Source of the DNA: Anaerolineae bacterium
GTDB lineage: Bacteria > Chloroflexota > Anaerolineae > CAZYHC01
DNA: 64,000 nt
Assembly: GCA_034417895.1 (NCBI GenBank)
Contig: DAOULT010000027.1
Coordinates: 3,738 to 67,737, forward strand
Direction of reading: 5' to 3'
The notes beneath the pieces are model-generated. The model saw only the letters and a program-made list of their open reading frames with translations, was not told the DNA's origin and did no database searches. Each line of letters begins with the position of its first letter. Within the stretch, counting starts at the first letter, position 1. The position numbers and the translations under genes are program-made. Below are positions 1 to 10,106 of the stretch, piece by piece.

Positions 1-1
1 G

Positions 2-457
2 GCCGCGGCCTACCACCAGCAACCGCCTGGCTCTGCCATTCAGACCGGTCACCACGTAGCTCAGAATATGAAAATTTAGCAGGAGAAAGAGATCGATGAC
101 GGCAAAGTAGGCGAAAAGCAGGCGTGAAAACTCATCGTAATTCAGGAGGAAAATGGCGCAGGCCAGTACCCCCAAAGACGCGCACACCGCCAGACCCACC
201 GCTTTCAATTCGGCCAGCAGACCAGCAGTGCGCTTGAGGGTATAAACGGAAAAGAAAGAGAGAAAGAAGGCCCAGGTCAGAGCGATGATGACCTGAAGCG
301 TCCAGGTAGGATGAAAAAACCGCTCCTTGAAAGCTGGCCCGCCGACCTCCAGCTCACGACGGACATAAAGAGCCAGGTATAGTGCTCCCACGGTCAGGGC
401 CACATCAGCAGCCAGCAGAAACAGGTTGCGCAGATTACTACGGGGTTGTTTAGCCAT
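2..457 (-). CDS. Polyprenyl-phosphate glycosylphosphotransferase (WcaJ/WsaP-like priming sugar transferase), N-terminal membrane part; runs off the left edge
   Basis: Not in the ORF track; translated by hand from ATG at 457 (RBS AGGGAGG): MAKQPRSNLRNLFLLAADVALTVGALYLALYVRR...FSRLLFAYFAVIDLFLLLNF...RRLLVVGRG. Four hydrophobic segments followed by an R-x-L-V-V-G motif typical of this family. Confidence 0.7.
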   Translation of the reverse strand, partial: MAKQPRSNLRNLFLLAADVALTVGALYLALYVRRELEVGGPAFKERFFHPTWTLQVIIALTWAFFLSFFSVYTLKRTAGLLAELKAVGLAVCASLGVLACAIFLLNYDEFSRLLFAYFAVIDLFLLLNFHILSYVVTGLNGRARRLLVVGRG

Positions 458-514
458 TTGTGCCTCCCTTCGGGTTCTGCCTGATCTCTAAGCACACCGC
501 CAGTATTAACAGGC

Positions 515-1801
515 TTACCCTGTGCTCGTTGGTGATGATGGTGCTTCTCTCTCTTTTAAGTACCTCGCCCGATAGCCTCGGAGATATTCAGCGGTGAAGG
601 CGCCAAAGATGCCCACCACGAACCCCAGGACAGCGCCCAGGACTGTATTACGCTTCTTATTGGGAGCAATGGGCCACTCCGGCACCCTGGCCTTACTGGC
701 TAACCGCACCTGCCCCGACTTGTCCTCCGCGGCGATCCGGGCCTCCTCATGCTTGCGGGAAAGAGTGAGATAAGTCTCCTCGGCCACGGTGCGGGCCCTT
801 TCCAGACGCTGCTCTTTGGTCCGGATCGCCTGCAACTCCTCCTGCAAAGTCAAGATATCCGGGATGATGGCTTTTTCTTCGGCTTTCATGGCCTGGGCTT
901 TGCTTTCCAAAGCCACGATCAGATCATCCAGATACTGGATTTGCTGACGAATGGTCTTACCCGAAACGTCCATGTCCTTGGGCGCCTGCAATTGAATAGC
1001 CAGACCTCCTGCCCCTCTATCACTCACGGAGCTAAAAGCCTCGATATTCAACAACAGCGCCGCCAGCTCATCGGCCAGGGAAGAGAAGTCTCCAGACCCT
1101 TGCAGCTTCAGACGCTCCTGAAGGGCACGGGCATTCTGGACGATCGATTCCAAAGCATTGGCCGCGGCCAGGTAGCCGGCCAGGGCCGACCTTTTGGCCT
1201 CAAGCTGAGACCCAATCACCCCGGCCCGGTTCTCGGCCTGGAAGGTGATAATCTCCTCCTCGACGGCTTGCAGGTTGGCCTGGGCCTCACTCAACTGTTG
1301 CTCGAAAAAGACTTTGCTTGCGCTGCCGGCCTCGTACAGTTCGTTGATCCATTGGGTGTAGAGCCCGGCCCAGGTATTGGCAATGAGAGCCGTCCGGTCA
1401 GGGTCAGAGTTTGCCACCCTAAGCTCGATAAGGCTGGAGTCCTCTTTTGAATTCTCGGCTTCTATCGCCCCCATGAGGATATTCACCGTTCGTTCTTCCG
1501 GCCCCAGGTGGGACTCCAACGCCCCGGAAAGCTGTTCCAACAGTTCAGCATTGGTAGCCAGGACAGCGTAAGCTTTAAAGGGCATACTCCGTTGTTCGAA
1601 AGGCACGGTCTGGAATCTGGGATCGAATTGCATCTGGTACTGTGGCCTGATAATAGCTACCAGGGCTGTGGCCTGGTATACAGATGGCAACGTGAAACTG
1701 ACGAGGGCTGCCGCGATAGCCGCTACCACTGTAATGCCCACGATCCACTTCCAGTATTTGATCAGAACATCGATGTAAACTGTCAAATCAGTCTCTTCCA
1801 C
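515..1801 (-). CDS. wzz: Wzz/GumC-family polysaccharide chain-length determinant (co-polymerase)
   Basis: N-terminal TM (KYWKWIVGITVVAAIAAALVSF) plus P-x-Y-x-A-x-A motif, long coiled coil, and C-terminal P-x-x-P-x-x-P-x-K + TM (VPEWPIAPNKKRNTVLGAVLG). Confidence 0.8.
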   Translation of the reverse strand: MEETDLTVYIDVLIKYWKWIVGITVVAAIAAALVSFTLPSVYQATALVAIIRPQYQMQFDPRFQTVPFEQRSMPFKAYAVLATNAELLEQLSGALESHLGPEERTVNILMGAIEAENSKEDSSLIELRVANSDPDRTALIANTWAGLYTQWINELYEAGSASKVFFEQQLSEAQANLQAVEEEIITFQAENRAGVIGSQLEAKRSALAGYLAAANALESIVQNARALQERLKLQGSGDFSSLADELAALLLNIEAFSSVSDRGAGGLAIQLQAPKDMDVSGKTIRQQIQYLDDLIVALESKAQAMKAEEKAIIPDILTLQEELQAIRTKEQRLERARTVAEETYLTLSRKHEEARIAAEDKSGQVRLASKARVPEWPIAPNKKRNTVLGAVLGFVVGIFGAFTAEYLRGYRARYLKEREAPSSPTSTG

Positions 1802-1844
1802 AATAACCTCCTTGAGAATATTATTGCCTGAAACTGTGTTCGAT

Positions 1845-2867
1845 CTACAGGTTTACGGGCACTCCTCCTTCTTCCATTGAGAGTTGCGCGGCTTCTAAAA
1901 TGCGCACCACTATTAAGCCCTCGCCGCCATCGGTCAGCGGTTTTTTCCCCTCTCGTATGCATTCTATAAAGTGAGAACATTCCGTGTAGAGGGGTTCTAC
2001 GAAATCTATTTTCGGGATGTAAATATCGCCGCTCCTGACCTGAAGCTGAAAACCACCGTAATCGCTCAAGGCCAGGGAAGAATGATTATTCACCTTTTTT
2101 ATCCCTTTATCATATATTCTTATCTTGGCCTCTAAGCTCACGTCGTCGTATATAGCCATCTTTCTGCTTCCCACAACGGTCATGCGCCGCACCTTGCTAG
2201 GGTCTAACCAGCTAATATGGACGTGGGCCCCGATCTTGCCGGGGAAATCCAAAATCATAAACACGACATCTTCGATTGCATTCTGGAGGTAAGAAAAACC
2301 CCTGGCGCTGACCCGCCCCGGTTCTTTTTCCAGAAGATAAAGCAGGATGGAAAGATCGTGGGGAGCAAAGTTCCACATGGCGTTTAAATCGTTGCGCACG
2401 CGCCCCAGGTTGAGGCGGTTGGAATAGATGTAATGTATCTCTCCCAGTTCTCCGCTCTGAATGTATTCTTTCAGTTTCCAGACAGCGGCGTTATATCTGA
2501 ACACATGGCCGACCATCAATACTCTCCTCTGCGTCTCGGCGGTGGCTATCAGATCTTCGCACTCACTCACGCGGAGAGCCAGAGGCTTCTCGACAAAAAC
2601 GTGCTTATCAGCCAGAAGACTTTCTTTAGCCAACTGATAATGACTTGAGGCCGGGGTAGCGATTACTACGGCTTCTATCGCCGGGTCTTCCAGAATAGAA
2701 TGATAGTCCTCGGTAGTTTCTAAAGGATTGTACAAAGGGCGAAAGGCTTCCAGTCTCTCCACTCTTAAATCGCAGAGAGCGTGAAGGCGCGCCTCCGATA
2801 CTTTGGCGAAGTTCCTGATCAGGTTCGCCCCCCAGTGACCACAACCAATAATGGCTACATTCACCAT
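1845..2867 (-). CDS. Gfo/Idh/MocA-family oxidoreductase (WlbA/WbpB-like nucleotide-sugar dehydrogenase)
   Basis: IIGCGHWG Rossmann motif, HVFVEKP motif, MVGHVFRYN. Confidence 0.85.
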   Translation of the reverse strand: MVNVAIIGCGHWGANLIRNFAKVSEARLHALCDLRVERLEAFRPLYNPLETTEDYHSILEDPAIEAVVIATPASSHYQLAKESLLADKHVFVEKPLALRVSECEDLIATAETQRRVLMVGHVFRYNAAVWKLKEYIQSGELGEIHYIYSNRLNLGRVRNDLNAMWNFAPHDLSILLYLLEKEPGRVSARGFSYLQNAIEDVVFMILDFPGKIGAHVHISWLDPSKVRRMTVVGSRKMAIYDDVSLEAKIRIYDKGIKKVNNHSSLALSDYGGFQLQVRSGDIYIPKIDFVEPLYTECSHFIECIREGKKPLTDGGEGLIVVRILEAAQLSMEEGGVPVNL

Positions 2868-2923
2868 CCTGGCTCTCCCTCAGATTAATCCCCTTCTCCA
2901 TAGAGAAAAGGCTTTTTTGAACG

Positions 2924-4015
2924 TTATGGTAGAAGAGATTGGTATACAGCCTCAGTACGTTCCACCACCGCCTCCCAGTTGAACTGTTCCTCCACCCTTT
3001 TCCTTGCCGCCTGGCCCAGGTCTTTCATTAAATTCTGGTGAGCCAGAGCATATCCAATCTTATCCTCCAGATCTTTTTGATCCTTGTTGCGAAAGGCCAG
3101 GCCCACGCCTTCAGCCGCTTCCAGATTTTCTGGAATGTCGCTGAAGACTATAGGAGCGGCAAAGCTCATCGCTTCCAGAAGGACGATGGGCAGACCCTCG
3201 ATTTCGGAGGGAAACACGAAGAGAGAACAATTCCGAAAGAGTTGCCACAGAATTTCGCCGTACTGATAGCCGGTAAAAATGATCTTTCCAGAGGCGTTCT
3301 CCCTCAATTTTCGCTCATAACCGCTCGTGTAACTTGTTCCCCCGGCGATCACCAGTTTTTTCTCCGTGTCGAGGTTTTTGTAAGCCTTGATCAGAAGGCC
3401 AGGCCCCTTGGTAGGGATAAGACGACCCACGTACAGGATGTAATCGTCTCCCCTCAATCCAAACGGAGCCAGGCGTTCCACCCCCTCGATCTCCAGGATG
3501 TTCACGCCGTTGGGAATATAGGTGACTTCCCGTCTGTATTTCTGTTCGTAATAGTCTTTCAGCGTCCTCGACACAGAGATACGCCTGTCGGTACAGTACA
3601 TGAAACCCCGTTCAGCCAGCTTTGACATCCACCTGGCTATCGAACCCCACTTGTCTCTCCTGTAGGCCTGTCCATGTGAGGTGGCAACCACGCTGGTACC
3701 AGCCCTGGCCAGGAACGAGAAGAGAGCCGGATCGACGCTCTGGATGTGAAGGATATCTGGTCTGTCGTAGAGAAGTGTATACCAGATCGAGGAGAAGGTA
3801 TGAAAGGCCATTTCCGTGTGTTTCTGCTCCACCGTTGGCAGCCTGACGATCCTGACCCCTTTATACTCTTCCATCGGGGGCGTGTAGTGGGCACGACAGA
3901 TCACGGTCACTTTGTACCCCTTTTCTACCAGCCGGGTTGATAGCTCCTCCACATGCTTCTCCACTCCACCGTAGCTGGCCGGAATGCCCCTGCTCCCTAT
4001 CATCGTGACTTTCAT
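2924..4015 (-). CDS. Glycosyltransferase family 4
   Basis: MIGSRGIPASYGGVE N-terminus; YVGRL; FPSEIEGLPIVLLEAM (E-x7-E). Confidence 0.9.
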   Translation of the reverse strand: MKVTMIGSRGIPASYGGVEKHVEELSTRLVEKGYKVTVICRAHYTPPMEEYKGVRIVRLPTVEQKHTEMAFHTFSSIWYTLLYDRPDILHIQSVDPALFSFLARAGTSVVATSHGQAYRRDKWGSIARWMSKLAERGFMYCTDRRISVSRTLKDYYEQKYRREVTYIPNGVNILEIEGVERLAPFGLRGDDYILYVGRLIPTKGPGLLIKAYKNLDTEKKLVIAGGTSYTSGYERKLRENASGKIIFTGYQYGEILWQLFRNCSLFVFPSEIEGLPIVLLEAMSFAAPIVFSDIPENLEAAEGVGLAFRNKDQKDLEDKIGYALAHQNLMKDLGQAARKRVEEQFNWEAVVERTEAVYQSLLP

Positions 4016-4018
4016 CGC

Positions 4019-5020
4019 TCACCATCCAGGCCCGTCGCCCGCCTGATCGCACAGGACAATATCTCTGCCTCGCAGGAGTCGAACCTTGTTCCTCAGCACC
4101 CAGAACGAAGCCCGCAAAATGTTTCTCTTTATGGCCGGTACGGCTGTGCCCGTCATCCAGCAGTTTTCCGGGCAGGTTCTGACCTTTTCGCGTACTTCGC
4201 TGGCTCTCTGGCTGGTCCATATCTCTTCAAAGCTTTGCTCCTTAAGATTCCCCATCGATTCTTCCATGACGTTGCAGGGATAGACCTCTCCCAAAGGGCC
4301 AACGAAGAAGATATCCGAACCGGCCCCACAGGCCAGCACTCTGGGCGCTCCTTTCACGTAATCGACCAGGCCCCGGTTCAGATAAGCCCGGAACCAGTTC
4401 TTGACTCGCCTGGAACGCAGGAAGGCCGCCATCAAACGCTCAATCTGAGCGGCTACCCGCTCCTGGTTCTCGATCTTGTTGTCTAGCTTGTGAAAGTAAA
4501 AGGAATTGTGGGGCACAGCCTGGGCGAACTCCACGTCCAATCCTTCCGCCAGGTGATAGAAGTCCAGCAGGTCTTCGGCATTGGCATCCTGGATGACGAT
4601 GGAGAAGCCAATGTCCTTGATTCCCAGCTCTTTCAACCTCAAGATAGTCCGCAGCCCCCGGTCGAAGCCGTGCTTGAGGCCTCGAATCTCGTCGTTTTTG
4701 CGGGGCAATCCCTCCAGGCTGACCCTTATGGTAATATCCGGATACTTCCTGGCGATATCCACGATGCGATCGGTGAAATAGCCATTGGTGCTTATCTCCA
4801 ATCTATGCGCCTTCTTGTGCAGGACGGCCACTATTTCCTCTATATCTTTCCTGAGCATCGGCTCGCCGCCGGTGATGTTCAGCCGCCCCAAGCGGTCGGG
4901 CAGCTTGCGGAGATGCTCCGCCGTGATTTCTTCCTCGGGCCTGGTGGGAAATTGCCAGGTATGACACATTTGACAACGGGCGTTGCATCGATAGGTGAGG
5001 ATAACTGCCGCATCCAGCAT
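4019..5020 (-). CDS. Radical SAM protein with SPASM/Twitch domain
   Basis: CNARCQMC (CxxxCxxC), ITGGEP, and C-terminal CGAG...GEVYPC...GNLKEQSFEEIW...CPENC. Confidence 0.9.
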   Translation of the reverse strand: MLDAAVILTYRCNARCQMCHTWQFPTRPEEEITAEHLRKLPDRLGRLNITGGEPMLRKDIEEIVAVLHKKAHRLEISTNGYFTDRIVDIARKYPDITIRVSLEGLPRKNDEIRGLKHGFDRGLRTILRLKELGIKDIGFSIVIQDANAEDLLDFYHLAEGLDVEFAQAVPHNSFYFHKLDNKIENQERVAAQIERLMAAFLRSRRVKNWFRAYLNRGLVDYVKGAPRVLACGAGSDIFFVGPLGEVYPCNVMEESMGNLKEQSFEEIWTSQRASEVREKVRTCPENCWMTGTAVPAIKRNILRASFWVLRNKVRLLRGRDIVLCDQAGDGPGW

Positions 5021-5032
5021 GTCAAGTCTCCT

Positions 5033-6274
5033 CTAAAGCAGGTCCTGATAGATTTCCATCAGGGCCTCATAATGCCTTTCGGCGTTGTATTCCCTCTTCA
5101 CTTTCTCTCTGGCCCTTCTCCCCATTTCGGGGATGAGGTGCCTGTTTTGCAAGAGGTAATCCATTTTCCCGGCCAGGTCATCGACGTTTTTCGGCTTGAA
5201 CAGCAGCCCATCCACCCCATCCTCAATCTGCTCGGCAATACCCCCCAAATTGCTGCCGATCACCGGCTTGCCGTAAGCGAAGCTCTCGTAGACGGTCATA
5301 GGAGTGTTGTCGTACCAGATGGAGGGCGTCACGGTAAACATGGCTCCCTGGATCAGCCTCCGCAACTCATCTCCGGTCTTGAATCCCAGGAACCGCACAT
5401 CACTCAACCCCCTCTGCGCCACATATTCTTTCAGCCTTTCATCCTCCCCATCATGCGCATGACCGACAAGGAGCAGCGGGGTCTTGGGATGGAGTTTTTC
5501 AAAAGCCTCAATGAGATATTTTATGCCTTTTTCTTTAGAAAGTCTACCAAAGTAGAGAATGTAGTCGCCTGGCTCAAAACGTGGCTCGAAGTTCTCCACC
5601 TTGATGAAACTGGGCACGTAGTGCATCTTTTTCTCCTCGAAACCGGCCTCCACCATCTCTTGCAAAGTGAAGCGCGAGGGAGCCACGAAAGCATCCACCT
5701 TGTCGTAGATATGCAGGAAGCGATGCACGTACATAGCTAGAACACGGGCCGCCGTAACTAGCAAGGAGCCTTGCAAGCACTTGTGACGCAGGGCATGGTA
5801 CAGCCCATTCCTGCATTCCTCGCAGATCTCCCCCTCTCTAAGATAAAGGTAGGCCGGGCAGACCAGGTAGAAATCAGACAGACGCATGACCACAGGCAGG
5901 CCGAGATCCTTACAGCCGTCGATGATGCTGGGCGAGATATAGTTGGCGATAGCCAGCAGGTAAGCAAGCTGGATGCCTTCCGCCTGGATAACCACCCTGA
6001 TCTTTCGCCTGGCCTCCAGAGAGTAGATTGACCTCTGCAGCAGGCGTATAATTCGCCGGGGCGAGAGCTTGAAATCCCTGAAGTAAACCTGCCCCTCGTC
6101 TATAGGTGAGGAAAGAAAATACCTGGCATACTCGGTTGGCTCATTGCGAGCGTAGGTGTTAGAAAAAGGCACCACCTTGTGACCTTTGGCCTTCAGCAAA
6201 TCGCTCACGGCGAACAGGTATCTTTCCGGGCCTCCGGAAATGAAATAGCGATAGTTGGCAATCAGGATGTTCAA
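5033..6274 (-). CDS. Glycosyltransferase family 4
   Basis: GGPERY N-terminal motif, YFGRLSKEKG, PSIWYDNTPMTVYESFAYGKPVIGS. Confidence 0.9.
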   Translation of the reverse strand: MNILIANYRYFISGGPERYLFAVSDLLKAKGHKVVPFSNTYARNEPTEYARYFLSSPIDEGQVYFRDFKLSPRRIIRLLQRSIYSLEARRKIRVVIQAEGIQLAYLLAIANYISPSIIDGCKDLGLPVVMRLSDFYLVCPAYLYLREGEICEECRNGLYHALRHKCLQGSLLVTAARVLAMYVHRFLHIYDKVDAFVAPSRFTLQEMVEAGFEEKKMHYVPSFIKVENFEPRFEPGDYILYFGRLSKEKGIKYLIEAFEKLHPKTPLLLVGHAHDGEDERLKEYVAQRGLSDVRFLGFKTGDELRRLIQGAMFTVTPSIWYDNTPMTVYESFAYGKPVIGSNLGGIAEQIEDGVDGLLFKPKNVDDLAGKMDYLLQNRHLIPEMGRRAREKVKREYNAERHYEALMEIYQDLL

Positions 6275-6358
6275 GCTTGTTCTCTCTTGTCTCTTAACAG
6301 GACAAACGGCATAATGGTCGGCGCCGAATCTAACGGTTGACCAATCCCACGACGACTC

Positions 6359-7498
6359 TCATTTACCACCGCTCAATCCAGTGTATAGGTCGTTTACTTT
6401 GGCGGTCATCGCTTCCTTGCTGAAGAACTCTTTTATACGCTGGCATCCCGCCTCTCCCACCCTGGCCGCCAGTGACCTGTTGCATAACAGCTTCTTGACC
6501 ATTCCTGCAAATTCACGGGAAGAAGTGCCGGCCTCGCAGAGAAAGCCCGTCGCTTCTCCTGCGCCGACTACCTCCGGGACACCGCCCGCCCGTATGGCTA
6601 CCACCGGCCTGCCCATAGCCATCGCCTCCGCCACGGCGATGCTGAAGGATTCTATCCTTGAGGCGAACACGAAAACATCCAAAGCAGTGAGAATGGAGGG
6701 GATGTCCTCTCTTCTGCCCAGGAAAGCCACTCTAGAGGAAATGCCCAGACTCCCCGCATGTTTCCTCAATTCGCTTTCCAGGTGGCCTTCACCGGCGATC
6801 ACTAACCACAGGTCAAGCCCCTCGCCCAGCAACTCAGCAGCGACATCGATCAGAAAGTCGATTCTCTTCACGGCCTCGAGACGGCCCACCGTGCCGATGA
6901 CTTTACCAGCAGCAGGCAGGTTGAACTCCCGACGGATAGCTACAACGCGCTCTTCACCCAAAGGCTGAAATCTCTCTAAATCCACACCGTTGTAGATCAC
7001 TCTCAGGCGCTCATCAGGAATCCGGGCGAAAGACACCAGTCGGTCTTCCATGTAGCCAGACACGGTCACGTAGACATCCACGTAGCGGCGGGAAAGCTTC
7101 AGAAAGGCCCGATACTTCAGCTTTTCAGCCAGGTTTCGGGGGTGGAGCATGCTTCCGTGTATGCTCCAGACCACTCTGGCCTGGGTAGCCAGGCCGGCTA
7201 CCGTGGTCGTCCAGGGAGCGGAAGCGTGGTCGTGCACGACATCGAAGTTCTGAGCCTTCAACCACCTGCAGAACTGTCCTATTCCTACTACATCCCACCC
7301 ATTTTGCAGATGGAAACTTTGAGTTAAAATCCCCGCCCTCTCTAATTTCTCTGCATATACCCCTCCGTCGCTGAGAAAGCAAACCGCCACTTCGTATCGG
7401 CTTCTATCCAGGGTCATAGCCAGATCAAACACGTGTCTCTCGGCGCCCCCGTAATACCCACACCAGAGAACCTCAACCACTTTTATCCTGTCAGTCAT
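6359..7498 (-). CDS. Glycosyltransferase family 4
   Basis: GGAERH, VGRLEAVKR, ASRIESFSIAVAEAMAMG. Start moved to ATG 7498 (MTDRIKV; GAGG upstream; overlaps the upstream stop at 7491). Confidence 0.9.
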   Translation of the reverse strand: MTDRIKVVEVLWCGYYGGAERHVFDLAMTLDRSRYEVAVCFLSDGGVYAEKLERAGILTQSFHLQNGWDVVGIGQFCRWLKAQNFDVVHDHASAPWTTTVAGLATQARVVWSIHGSMLHPRNLAEKLKYRAFLKLSRRYVDVYVTVSGYMEDRLVSFARIPDERLRVIYNGVDLERFQPLGEERVVAIRREFNLPAAGKVIGTVGRLEAVKRIDFLIDVAAELLGEGLDLWLVIAGEGHLESELRKHAGSLGISSRVAFLGRREDIPSILTALDVFVFASRIESFSIAVAEAMAMGRPVVAIRAGGVPEVVGAGEATGFLCEAGTSSREFAGMVKKLLCNRSLAARVGEAGCQRIKEFFSKEAMTAKVNDLYTGLSGGK

Positions 7499-9005
7499 CA
7501 CAGCAACCTCTCTCAAGAGCACGACGCTCACTCAAAGCGGGCAGCTTCAGCAACACCCCAATAGCTGGCCAGAGGATGAGATTGCTCGGATTACTCGTAA
7601 TGGAGGGAGCATTGGACAGCCCTCCCATGAGGATAACAACGAACAACCAGGCCAGACAGGCATTATAAAGGAAACCATCTTTTGTGTCCTGCAACAATTT
7701 TCGCTTCTTTAGAGCATAGTAGAGTGGAAGAGCGTAAATTCCCATGAAAAAGAGAAGGAAGAGAGGGAGTCCCACTTGTAAAGCCAGCCACAAAAGATAT
7801 ATGTCTGCGCTGGTGCGGATGCTAGATATCTTTAAGCCAGCCCCCCAGCCGAGCCATGGTTTTTCTACCAGGGCGGAAAGACCGTTGCTGAAGAAAAATA
7901 TACGCGACTCCAATGTTGAACGCGTCCCAGGGTCTCTCTCCAAGGCATGGTAAATTCTATTTCTGAAATGCGCGTTGCTTAGGAGCAGTAGAAAAACAGC
8001 TATGAGGATAAATCCAAAAAGCAAGAAATGCTTCGTCAGCCTCAGCCTCGTCATTAAGAATCTCCGACTTCCTCCGCCTGTCCACATCCATAGAAGTAGA
8101 AGAGCTAGAATCATTGTAAAAAGCGAAGTGATATTATAAGTGGTCAATAGAGCAAAGAACATAATTAAAGTGCTACCGATGAAGAGAAAAGTTCTTTTTC
8201 TACGGGCCTTCTGATAAAGCACCACGTTGGCTAAGATGGTAATGATTTCAAAAGCGGAGAATCCATAATGACTTGCAAAAAAGGAAAAGGTGCGAAAATA
8301 TGTTTCCCCAGTTATAGGATTCTCAAGGAAGTAGAAAGCTGGTGCATCTGGTTGGTAATGTAATCTCATTCCCCAGGCTTCCAATTGTTCTGGGCCTACT
8401 ATCCATTGCATGATGCCGAAGACAGCAGCTATTACGCCGATTACTACCAGGATGCGCAGGAATTTGTAGATGGTCTCTGTATCCCGAATTTCAAAATACA
8501 AAACAGGAGCCAAAGGGATGTAGAAAATTGACCATCTTTTCAACTCTAAAAAAACTATAGAGAATTCTACGCCCTGAGAGATGTCTATAAAGAAACGTAT
8601 AAGAAGAAAGATGAGAGAGGACAAATAGCAGAAAGTGAAAAAACGCATTGGTTGATTCCAAAAAAGCTTTTTGCCCAGCAAAAATTGCGAAAACAATATG
8701 GCTATCCCCATTACGATCAAACCATATTTGATATTCCCCAGGTTTATTGGGGCTTCAACCAACCTTTGAACGAAAAACTGCAGTATAGCCCATAAAAAGA
8801 TTACAAAATAGAAGAGTTTAAAATTATGAATTGCTAAGAGGAAAAACAAGGGTAAAATTAGCAGCATAGCAGGCAGCATGAGAAAGATTTTCTCCGGCAA
8901 GTACCGCAGGGTGATGAAAATCACAATTATGGTAGCAAGCGCCAGCAGCCCGAAAAACAATGGTTCAAAAAGCTTACTCTGGAGAAGGACGCTTTGCTTC
9001 TTCAT
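7491..9005 (-). CDS. wzy: Wzy-like polymerase / O-antigen ligase family integral membrane protein
   Basis: About 12 hydrophobic segments; STLESRIFFFSNGLSALVEKPWLGWGAG loop typical of Wzy_C; located among GT genes and wzz. Confidence 0.7.
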   Translation of the reverse strand: MKKQSVLLQSKLFEPLFFGLLALATIIVIFITLRYLPEKIFLMLPAMLLILPLFFLLAIHNFKLFYFVIFLWAILQFFVQRLVEAPINLGNIKYGLIVMGIAILFSQFLLGKKLFWNQPMRFFTFCYLSSLIFLLIRFFIDISQGVEFSIVFLELKRWSIFYIPLAPVLYFEIRDTETIYKFLRILVVIGVIAAVFGIMQWIVGPEQLEAWGMRLHYQPDAPAFYFLENPITGETYFRTFSFFASHYGFSAFEIITILANVVLYQKARRKRTFLFIGSTLIMFFALLTTYNITSLFTMILALLLLWMWTGGGSRRFLMTRLRLTKHFLLFGFILIAVFLLLLSNAHFRNRIYHALERDPGTRSTLESRIFFFSNGLSALVEKPWLGWGAGLKISSIRTSADIYLLWLALQVGLPLFLLFFMGIYALPLYYALKKRKLLQDTKDGFLYNACLAWLFVVILMGGLSNAPSITSNPSNLILWPAIGVLLKLPALSERRALERGCCDD

Positions 9006-10051
9006 AGCTCCTCCTTCTCTAACAGTTTTTCTACTTCCTGGCGAGCGTGTTCATCTTCGGGGCGCAGCTCCAGAGCTTTTTGATATTCGGCCAGGGCTTT
9101 TTCCAGTTGTCCATTATCCCGATAAGCATCAGCCAGCCAAAGATGGTATTGGGGATAATCGGGGCGAAGTGCAACTGCTTCTTCAAGTCTGGCAATGGCC
9201 TCCGGCAGTTCTCCCTGGCGGTAGTAAACATATCCAGAAAGGGCATAATATTCTGCCTTTTTGTTTTCGCTACGTGCCACAGCAAACATTTGGCGAAAAT
9301 AAGTGAGAGCCAGCTCGTAATTGCAGTTTGTTGTGCACCAAACTCCGTAGATGCTGCCCAAATTTGAATAAATGTAATAGAGGTCGTTTTCATTACTAGT
9401 TTTTGCCAATTCTTGATAGCAAGCTACTGCTTCTTGCCTTTTGCCGAGTTTTAACTGAGCCCAACACAGGTTGAAATAAGCAGGGACGTGTTGTGGTTCA
9501 AGTTCCACGGCCTTCTGGTAAGCAGAAGCTGCTTCCTCCCACCGGGCCATTCTCTTATAAATCTCTCCCAAAGCAAAATAACCGGCTGCCGTCTCGGCGC
9601 TTACGGCAAATGTTAATCTGGCCATTTCCTCAGCGTCTTCATGCTGGCTTTGCTTTACCTGTTTCTGCCCCTGGGCTATAAGCCAGTCCATAACATATAG
9701 ATCGTCGGAGGAGCGAAGGTCTCTGTAAGTTTCCAGTGCTCTTTCCGCCTCCTGATACCTTCGCTGAAGGCAGTAAACCTTGCCCAATCCCAGCCAGCTC
9801 TCAGCTCTGGTGGAGTCTTTTTTCAACGCCTTTTGGAAAGCATCTTCAGCCGCCCGAAGGTGCTTCTCCAGGTTAGAAGTGCTCAGTATCGCTTTATGTA
9901 ACTCAACCTCTCCAAGGTTATGATATAGTATACTCTTAAAGTTAAAGCCGAAGAAAAGCAAAACCGCAGCAACAAAAACCAGCCCTACAGAACGCACGCC
10001 AGGGCCAAGCTTACTCTGACATTCGTTATCCGGCCTCATTTTTGACTCCAT
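9002..10051 (-). CDS. Membrane-anchored tetratricopeptide repeat protein
   Basis: N-terminal TM then repeated TPR consensus (WLGLGKVY, YFALGEIY...AYQKAVELEP, LADAY...ALAEYQKALELRP). Confidence 0.85.
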   Translation of the reverse strand: MESKMRPDNECQSKLGPGVRSVGLVFVAAVLLFFGFNFKSILYHNLGEVELHKAILSTSNLEKHLRAAEDAFQKALKKDSTRAESWLGLGKVYCLQRRYQEAERALETYRDLRSSDDLYVMDWLIAQGQKQVKQSQHEDAEEMARLTFAVSAETAAGYFALGEIYKRMARWEEAASAYQKAVELEPQHVPAYFNLCWAQLKLGKRQEAVACYQELAKTSNENDLYYIYSNLGSIYGVWCTTNCNYELALTYFRQMFAVARSENKKAEYYALSGYVYYRQGELPEAIARLEEAVALRPDYPQYHLWLADAYRDNGQLEKALAEYQKALELRPEDEHARQEVEKLLEKEEL

Positions 10052-10106
10052 TCATCATAAGCAACCTTACGCCAAACTGCGCAGGACACGGCGCTTGTAC
10101 ACAAAC

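Noticed and set aside
4490-5740. 416-aa plus-strand ORF, and similar long ORFs at 749-1450, 41754-42464, 49330-50112, 51148-52425 and 62256-63077
   Set aside because: They are antisense shadows of well-supported genes in GC-rich DNA, with no motifs.
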